From a virus: a stretch of DNA of 64,000 bases. Made by a program: the position numbers and the translations under genes. The first letter of the stretch is position 1; each line of letters opens with the position of its first letter. The stretch lies in IMG/VR virus record IMGVR_UViG_3300012983_000048, one strand, 5' to 3'. Positions 57,934 through 64,000 of this stretch are shown one piece after another. The notes under the pieces are model-generated. The model had not been told where the DNA came from. It saw only the letters and a program-made list of their open reading frames with translations, and did no database searches.

Positions 57934-58254
57934 ATGACAAAAGAAGAAATATTAAATTTTGCAAAAGAACACAAAGTAAAACTATCAGTAACTTGGTGGG
58001 ATGATGAAATTTGGTTAAATAAAATTATTGTTCCAAAATCACAAAGAGGAAAAGGTTTTGGTGGAAAAATCATTAAAATGTTAAAAAAGTATGTTGATGA
58101 TAAGGGAATCCCATTAAAACTATTGGCAGATTCTTGTTATGGAACAGAATTAAATAAGTTAAAAAGTATATATAGATCTCTTGGATTTGAAGAATATAAA
58201 GAGGGAAAGAAAAAAAGTAATAATTATATGGCATATAATTTAAAAAAGGATTGA
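57934..58254 (+). CDS. GNAT-family N-acetyltransferase
   Basis: 106 aa. VPKSQRGKGFGGKIIKMLKKYVDD matches the acetyl-CoA binding motif A (Q/RxxGxG/A). Confidence 0.45.
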   Translation: MTKEEILNFAKEHKVKLSVTWWDDEIWLNKIIVPKSQRGKGFGGKIIKMLKKYVDDKGIPLKLLADSCYGTELNKLKSIYRSLGFEEYKEGKKKSNNYMAYNLKKD

Positions 58255-58279
58255 CAATATAAAAAGCATCTGTTATAAT
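58251..58279 (+). promoter_or_regulatory. strong sigma70-like promoter TTGACA-N17-TGtTATAAT
   Basis: Consensus -35 and -10 with TG extension, perfect 17-nt spacing. Upstream of ORF 58303. Confidence 0.55.
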
Positions 58280-58302
58280 AAATGCTATGAAAGGTCAGTA
58301 TT

Positions 58303-58605
58303 ATGAATAAAATTAATATATTTTTAGATGATTGCAGAATTACTCCACAAGGTTTTAATAGAACATATACTGTTGAAGAAACAATTAGTATGTTAAAACA
58401 TTTTGAAGGAAGAGTTGGCATATTGTCATTGGATAATGATTTAGGTGATGGATTATTAGAAGGACAAGAGGTTGCAAAATGGATTGAAGAAGAACATTTT
58501 GTTAATGGTTATCAACTTCCCTTAAAGATAATTCCACACACAATGAATCCGGTTGCAAGAAAAAATATGCAAACTATTATTGACATATTGTATAGAAAGG
58601 GTTAA
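58303..58605 (+). CDS. hypothetical protein
   Basis: 100-aa ORF following the consensus promoter. Confidence 0.4.
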   Translation: MNKINIFLDDCRITPQGFNRTYTVEETISMLKHFEGRVGILSLDNDLGDGLLEGQEVAKWIEEEHFVNGYQLPLKIIPHTMNPVARKNMQTIIDILYRKG

Positions 58606-58609
58606 ATAT

Positions 58610-58975
58610 ATGAAATATAAGATAAAAAGATTTTTTCAACGTCTATTTAGGGGTTGGGATGATTCTGAAACATGGGATATACATTATAATTTTTTATTAT
58701 GGTTGCAACCAAGATTGGAACGCTTTATTAAACTAACTAATGGATATCCAATGCATTATAATTCATATAATGAATGGATAGATGAATTAAAGAGAAGGAA
58801 TGCTCAATTAAAGTTAGTTATTGAATACTATTATGATGAATATAATTTTCCAAACACATCATATTCTGATAAAAAGGATGATGACATCATGTGTGTTAGA
58901 ATGAATTCGTATTATAAATTTCAGACAGATTTTATTAAATGGTTCTCTGAAAATATTAATTATTTATGGTGGTAA
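58610..58975 (+). CDS. hypothetical protein
   Basis: Start moved to ATG 58610 (AAGGG RBS) after the upstream stop. The track's 58553 start overlaps ORF 58303. Confidence 0.4.
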   Translation: MKYKIKRFFQRLFRGWDDSETWDIHYNFLLWLQPRLERFIKLTNGYPMHYNSYNEWIDELKRRNAQLKLVIEYYYDEYNFPNTSYSDKKDDDIMCVRMNSYYKFQTDFIKWFSENINYLWW

Positions 58976-59056
58976 AAGTGTTATAAACTTATTTTTGCTA
59001 TTTTGACAAATATATATTATTATATAAAGTGTTCAGTAAGATAAGGAGATAGCGAA

Positions 59057-59548
59057 ATGAACGAAAACAGTGGATTTTTATATAAACTTAATTGGGATAA
59101 TGAATTTAGTGTAAGATTTAATATTGAAAATGAGTCATTAACTCACATTCCAAATAATATTTTTAGTGTGGAATTACCGGAAATTGCTGCCGAAGATATG
59201 ACATCTGATGAAATAGATAGAACATTAAAAATAACATTACGTTCAACAACTAATGGTTTGGTTGAAAAAGAAATGTTTGGTATTTTATTTAGAAAAATGT
59301 TTGATGTCGACATTTCATTATCTAATCCAAATATTATTTCTTGGAAATATAAGTCTTGTATTCTTGAAAAAATTGGATTTTCACCATTGATAGGAAGAAA
59401 ATCAAGATCAAACCCATTTAATTTTACATTATACATTAAGGTTGGACAAATTGTTTATAATGGAGATAATACAATCATTGAGTTTGGTAACCCATCTGCA
59501 TATGATTCATATACACCAATTGATGAAAAACAAGAAGGAGAACAATAA
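59057..59548 (+). CDS. hypothetical protein
   Basis: 163 aa with RBS AAGGAGATAGCGAAATG. Confidence 0.45.
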   Translation: MNENSGFLYKLNWDNEFSVRFNIENESLTHIPNNIFSVELPEIAAEDMTSDEIDRTLKITLRSTTNGLVEKEMFGILFRKMFDVDISLSNPNIISWKYKSCILEKIGFSPLIGRKSRSNPFNFTLYIKVGQIVYNGDNTIIEFGNPSAYDSYTPIDEKQEGEQ

Positions 59549-60045
59549 TGATGGAATATGTAGTTTCACAATCCACTGATGATGCATTCATTGTTACAAT
59601 TTTAAATGGTGATTATAAAGGTGTCGTTGTAAAAATTATTGATTTACAATTTGATGAAACGGGTGAATTGACATTTGATATTGAACTTCCAACTAATAAA
59701 ACAGAATTATTTACAGATGATGTATTTAAGGAAGAAATTGGTAAAGTTGTTGGAGAAATTGTCAAGAAATCTATTGATGCCTTATATAAAACACAAGAAG
59801 ATATTGCTAAAATAGAAGAACATGTTGGTGAAATATTGAAAAAACATGATGTATCCATTGATAAAGATATCTTATTAATTGAAAAATTTATGTTAAAAGG
59901 ATTTTTATTAAAGATTGAAACAGAAGATAATAATGATAAGTATATTGCTGTTGATATCAAAGAGAATAGATTCTATGATTTAGAAAATGACAATGATTTT
60001 AATGTAGTAAGACGGAAAGTTTTTCAAAATATTATATTAAATTAA
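59548..60045 (+). CDS. hypothetical acidic protein
   Basis: 165 aa with ATGATG overlap onto the upstream stop. Confidence 0.45.
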   Translation: MMEYVVSQSTDDAFIVTILNGDYKGVVVKIIDLQFDETGELTFDIELPTNKTELFTDDVFKEEIGKVVGEIVKKSIDALYKTQEDIAKIEEHVGEILKKHDVSIDKDILLIEKFMLKGFLLKIETEDNNDKYIAVDIKENRFYDLENDNDFNVVRRKVFQNIILN

Positions 60046-60056
60046 ATAAATTGAAT

Positions 60057-60088
60057 GGGTAGGAAATGGTTTCCTACCCATTTTTAAC
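60057..60088 (+). terminator. rho-independent terminator GGGTAGGAAA-tgg-TTTCCTACCC then ATTTTTAA
   Basis: 10-bp perfect stem 12 nt after the stop at 60045. Confidence 0.55.
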
Positions 60089-60126
60089 ATAAATAATCAT
60101 ATAGTATAATAATATAGGAATTAAAT

Positions 60127-60648
60127 ATGAATTTGTTTATTTTGTCTCAATATAAATTAATACAAGAATTATATAAAGATGATACATTTTTAGATACTTT
60201 AATCAATGTTGATGATTTTTTTGATATACTAAATCTGTATGTTTATCCAAATTGGTTAGATTGTGAAGTAGTTGAAGTTAAATTTCTCAAATATTTTACA
60301 TCTATTAAATTAAAATCACCATATAATAAAATGCCACATCCAAGGGGGGCAGTATTATTGACAAAATATGATTGTCAGGTAAAATATAAAGAAACACATG
60401 AATATGTTGTAAAAGAAGTTAATAATATTAATGACACATATGTTGATGAAAAATCAGGTGAAAGGAAACCAAAAGTAGAAAAGAAGAAAGTTTGGATTGT
60501 TGACATATTAATACCAAATAAACACATTATCAATGATGAAATTTATGATTTAGATGGTGCACAAGAAAAAATCCATGATGAACAAGAAATTGAAGAAGAT
60601 ATGGAGAATGCTATCACCAATAATTCTGAAGGAGAAATGAATGCCTAA
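60127..60648 (+). CDS. hypothetical protein
   Basis: 173 aa with an acidic C-terminus. Confidence 0.45.
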   Translation: MNLFILSQYKLIQELYKDDTFLDTLINVDDFFDILNLYVYPNWLDCEVVEVKFLKYFTSIKLKSPYNKMPHPRGAVLLTKYDCQVKYKETHEYVVKEVNNINDTYVDEKSGERKPKVEKKKVWIVDILIPNKHIINDEIYDLDGAQEKIHDEQEIEEDMENAITNNSEGEMNA

Positions 60649-61570
60649 TATGGTTAATGATATGAAATATAATATTGGTGATATAGTATATATACCATCA
60701 AAACATATAGATGGGGAAATTGTTGACATTGTAAATACAAATCAGTATAGAATATCAACAAAAAATGGATTAATATTATCACCAGAATCAATGATTGAAT
60801 TAGTTAGTAATGAATACAAAGAAATAAATGAATCAACAGTATATGAGGGCAAATTAATGAAATATGCAAAAGATTTTTTTAAAAAAATGAAATTAAGAAA
60901 AAATTTAAATGAATCATTAAGGCAATCAGATTTAGAATATCTTGTATCACCATATGTTTCTATTGATCAATATACATCAAAATTATCAGAAGATAATATA
61001 ACAATTGCATTTTTTTGTAATGAAAGAGATGTTGCCAAAGATTTATCAGATTTTTTGGAAAAAATGTATGTTATGGAAATAAGAGACATTGAAGTATCTG
61101 AATCATTGACTGAAGATAACAAATACATTTTATATGTTGAATTTGATAGAAATCAACAGTTTCCAAAGATATTGGTAGATATATTGGATTCTATTAATTT
61201 TTTGATTAATAAAGATATTGATGATTGGGATTTTAAATCATTTAATATGGAAGAAAAACAGAAAGTAAGTGTTGACAAAATCAGACAATATGTAAGATTA
61301 TCACCAATAGTTGATAGTGATAATAATAAAAATGATAAGGTAGAAGAAACAGTTGAGTATAAGTTGAATAATATATCTCGCAAATATTTAGATGAGGGTT
61401 ATATGTCATTGGATGATTTTGATAAAGTATTAGAAACATCAGACATAGATATGGGTTTATCATTAGATAAAGATGTATTGGAATATAATTTTCCAAATTC
61501 AACTATTATTATGACAGAAACACATGCATATATAGTTAATGATGATGTCAAAAAACTAAGGATGTTATAA
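60641..61570 (+). CDS. hypothetical protein
   Basis: 309 aa overlapping its neighbours by 8 nt and 1 nt. Confidence 0.45.
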   Translation: MPNMVNDMKYNIGDIVYIPSKHIDGEIVDIVNTNQYRISTKNGLILSPESMIELVSNEYKEINESTVYEGKLMKYAKDFFKKMKLRKNLNESLRQSDLEYLVSPYVSIDQYTSKLSEDNITIAFFCNERDVAKDLSDFLEKMYVMEIRDIEVSESLTEDNKYILYVEFDRNQQFPKILVDILDSINFLINKDIDDWDFKSFNMEEKQKVSVDKIRQYVRLSPIVDSDNNKNDKVEETVEYKLNNISRKYLDEGYMSLDDFDKVLETSDIDMGLSLDKDVLEYNFPNSTIIMTETHAYIVNDDVKKLRML

Positions 61571-61977
61571 TGACATTAACTTTATTGAGGAAATTTTTAC
61601 CATGGATTTTAATAATACTATTGGGTGTTGTAATTTATGGTGGATTTAGATATTATGCTAATAAGGTTGAGGAATTAACAATTTCTAATACAACCTTACA
61701 AACACAATTATCACAAGTTAATACAAATTATTCTACCCTGCAAAATATGTATAGTATTAGTATAAAACAATATGAGGAATTGCAAAAGAGTCAAAAAGAA
61801 TCCTTAGAATATGTTTCAGAATTAAAACAGAAACTTACAGAGTTGAATTTTAGAGAAGAATATGGTAAAGATAAAGAAGCATTATTAATAAACATAAATG
61901 ATTATGAGAAATGTTATTCAAAAAATGTGATAAAAGACCCATCATACAAATGTTATGGAGAAAAGAATGTCAAGTAA
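61570..61977 (+). CDS. membrane-anchored coiled-coil protein
   Basis: N-terminal TM FLPWILIILLGVVIYGGF then heptad-rich LQTQLSQVNTNYSTLQNMYS..ELQKSQKESLEYVSELKQKLTEL. Confidence 0.4.
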   Translation: MTLTLLRKFLPWILIILLGVVIYGGFRYYANKVEELTISNTTLQTQLSQVNTNYSTLQNMYSISIKQYEELQKSQKESLEYVSELKQKLTELNFREEYGKDKEALLININDYEKCYSKNVIKDPSYKCYGEKNVK

Positions 61978-64000
61978 AACATTATATATTATCAGGGGTG
62001 TTCCTGGTTCAGGTAAATCAACATTAGCACATCAATTAACAAAAAATGTTGTTGAAACAGATGATTTTATGATGGTTGATGGTGAGTATAAGTATGATAA
62101 AGATAAAGTATATGCTTGTCATAAGAAATGTTATAATAAAGTATTGGATTATATGGCACATGGTGTTACACCAATTGCTGTTGCTAATACATTTATTAAA
62201 AAGAAAGATTATAAACCATACGTTGATTTAGCAAAAGAATTTGAATATAATGTTGAAATAAAAGTTTGTAAGGGTGATTATAAAAATGTTCATAATGTTC
62301 CACAGGACAGAGTTGAACAGATGAAAAGTAAGTTTCAAGAAAGCATTAATTCAATTTTGGAAATGAATGGTGATGTTGGAATTACTGAAACAATAGAAAA
62401 TAAAAAACAATTAAATATTAATGATAATTTTAAGAAATGGTTTGGAAATTCAAAAAGTATCAATGAATCTTTTGTAAAAAATCCATTTACTAATGAAGTT
62501 GAATGTTATTATTCTAAATCAGAATCAGAAGTTAAACAAATTGTTAAAAATTTATTTAAAGATATACCGGTTAGAATATTATATGATTTTAAAAATGAAG
62601 TATATATTTTTGGAAATGCTAATGATAAAATTCATATACAATTATTAGAAATAATGAATTCCTATGGTAAATTTAGATATCCATCATCAGAAGAAAAAAT
62701 GTATGAATATATGGACAAATATTGTGCTATGTTTAAAATCATTAATACAAATGATTATAAATCATATTCTCGTTCAGATGGGTACAAAATGGGTATTATT
62801 GGTAAATTAGATACTGATATGTATGTAATTTTAAGAGATAATACACTTGCTATTGAACGTTCAAGTATTACTGGTAAATTTGTTCCCGATGAATTGGTTA
62901 AATGTAAAAAAGTTCCTATGTTACAAAATGTTAAATTTGTTAATTATGATATTAGAGGAACAATATTAAAGAGTAAAGAACAATTGCCACAAAATTTGGT
63001 TAATGAATCATTTGAACCAAAATTAAATGATAACTTTTGGAAATGGTTTGGTAATAGTAAATGTGTAGATAAAAATGGCAATCCAAAAGTCTTTATACAC
63101 CGTTCAAATGCCAAGTTTAATGCATTTGATAAATCTAAAATTGGTCAAAGAGATTATGGTTGGTATGGTAAGGGATTCTATTTTGGTTCTGCAAAACAAA
63201 AAGATTATAAATTATATGGAAAACATGTTTATAAATGTTTTTTAAGAATTGAAAATCCATTTTATTATAATGAGTTTTTTAGAAGTTATACACCAGATGA
63301 TTATCAAAAAATTGTTGGATATAATAAACTTGGTATATTAACACCACAAGAATCAGACTTTCTTAAAAAATATATGGTTGCATATAACCATTTTGATTTT
63401 AATGTGAAATTAAAGAAAGTTCCACAAAAAGTAAAAGGTTATAATGGAAAAGTATATGATTCATTTTATTGGGTTGCTCAATATAATGGTAAAACTACTA
63501 AAACAGACCCAGATAAAAATCCAGATTATAATACAGAGGATTATGCTAAAGAGATGTTTTGGAGAGAACATTATGGGAAACATATTGAAAAGATAAAAGA
63601 AATAAATCGTGAATGTTATAAAACTCGTATGGATAAGATGTCCAATAGTATTAGAAATATGGGTTATGATGGTATTATTAATGCTGATGAGTATGTTGTA
63701 TTTGAACCAACACAAATTAAGTCTGTTAAAAACAATGGTAATTGGTCATTAGAAGTAGATAATATTAATGAGGAAAAAGAAGTTATTGAAGAAAGACTTT
63801 TCCCAGAAATATCTGATAGAAAATATAATGAATTATTATGGTTTACATCACCAAATATGACAGCAAATGCTTATACCAAATTCTTTGGTAAAGAAATGAT
63901 TGCTGATAGAATCCCAGCAAAATATTTAGTTACACTTTCATCTAATGATATTTCTTTAAAAGACTTGGTTGAAAAACATAGAAAATTATATAATGCTAAA
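61967..64000 (+). CDS. P-loop kinase (AAA_33/PNK-like) fused to PARP-like ADP-ribosyltransferase-fold domain(s); 3'-partial (open to window end)
   Basis: Manual translation in frame 2 from ATG 61967 has no stop through 64000 (at least 678 aa); it is absent from the ORF track because it has no stop. N-terminus MSSKTLYIIRGVPGSGKSTLAHQL (Walker A). Downstream FIHRSNAKFNAFDKSKIGQRDYGWYGKGFYFGSAKQ resembles the PARP catalytic H-G-S ... GKGIYFA..SKS region. Internal duplication NDNFKKWFGNSKSI / NDNFWKWFGNSKCV. Confidence 0.55.
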   Translation, partial: MSSKTLYIIRGVPGSGKSTLAHQLTKNVVETDDFMMVDGEYKYDKDKVYACHKKCYNKVLDYMAHGVTPIAVANTFIKKKDYKPYVDLAKEFEYNVEIKVCKGDYKNVHNVPQDRVEQMKSKFQESINSILEMNGDVGITETIENKKQLNINDNFKKWFGNSKSINESFVKNPFTNEVECYYSKSESEVKQIVKNLFKDIPVRILYDFKNEVYIFGNANDKIHIQLLEIMNSYGKFRYPSSEEKMYEYMDKYCAMFKIINTNDYKSYSRSDGYKMGIIGKLDTDMYVILRDNTLAIERSSITGKFVPDELVKCKKVPMLQNVKFVNYDIRGTILKSKEQLPQNLVNESFEPKLNDNFWKWFGNSKCVDKNGNPKVFIHRSNAKFNAFDKSKIGQRDYGWYGKGFYFGSAKQKDYKLYGKHVYKCFLRIENPFYYNEFFRSYTPDDYQKIVGYNKLGILTPQESDFLKKYMVAYNHFDFNVKLKKVPQKVKGYNGKVYDSFYWVAQYNGKTTKTDPDKNPDYNTEDYAKEMFWREHYGKHIEKIKEINRECYKTRMDKMSNSIRNMGYDGIINADEYVVFEPTQIKSVKNNGNWSLEVDNINEEKEVIEERLFPEISDRKYNELLWFTSPNMTANAYTKFFGKEMIADRIPAKYLVTLSSNDISLKDLVEKHRKLYNAK

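Noticed and set aside
57192-58073. Minus-strand ORFs 57192..57566, 57563..57865, 57837..58073 and plus ORFs 43256..43447, 37523..37750, 38153..38383, 33116..33310, 35956..36141, 36126..36410
   Set aside because: They lie antisense to, or nested in, strongly supported genes (SPFH, baseplate, fibres). Low-complexity translations.
59003-59031. Possible promoter TTGACA...TATAAA upstream of ORF 59057
   Set aside because: Spacer lengths to any TATAAT-like hexamer are 12-14 nt, too short for confidence.
1-64000. CRISPR arrays, tRNA/rRNA genes, integrase or att sites, transposases
   Set aside because: No regularly spaced direct repeats, no cloverleaf-like GC-rich ~75-nt islands in intergenic gaps, and no integrase or transposase motifs were seen. 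The window looks like a contiguous virulent-phage segment, though tRNA detection by eye is unreliable.

Overview
AT-rich window that reads as a large virulent phage (myovirus-like) genome segment. All ORFs are densely packed, many overlap by ATGA/TAATG, and RBSs are AAGGAG-like. No rRNA, tRNA or CRISPR was recognised by eye. The layout, in order: (i) minus-strand BspA-type leucine-rich-repeat (LRR) proteins at 1..1615. (ii) A plus-strand tail-fibre / receptor-binding block at 1694..9871. It includes a 1462-aa giant protein with BspA-LRR, a Gly-rich segment and 4 tandem LamG/ConA-like repeats. (iii) An extraordinary ~22 kb plus-strand operon at 9926..32868. It holds 15 paralogous radical-SAM proteins with C-terminal Cys clusters (SPASM/twitch-like), arranged in tandem sub-families. 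Interspersed are a HAD-like hydrolase, an S/T-rich protein with a Cys-rich tail, a poly-Ser protein, a Zn-ribbon protein and two PLP-fold (aminotransferase-like) proteins. (iv) A minus-strand tail-fibre/baseplate module at 32869..43828. It contains a gp25-like wedge protein, a tail-collar domain, several 'GxKTF' fibre paralogs and PEGA-like modules, and is interrupted by a plus-strand Hjc-like resolvase island. (v) A plus-strand DNA metabolism block: GGCT-like, SbcD, NAD-dependent ligase, a PD-(D/E)xK nuclease plus a beta-class DNA methyltransferase, an AT-hook protein and SbcC. (vi) Hsp20, an SPFH protein with a small membrane partner, GNAT, hypotheticals, and a 3'-truncated P-loop kinase :: PARP-like ADP-ribosyltransferase (ART) fusion. 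The most novel element is the radical-SAM mega-array. Its tandem paralogs carry perfectly identical gene-conversion tracts, and candidate substrate proteins and PLP enzymes are embedded in it.
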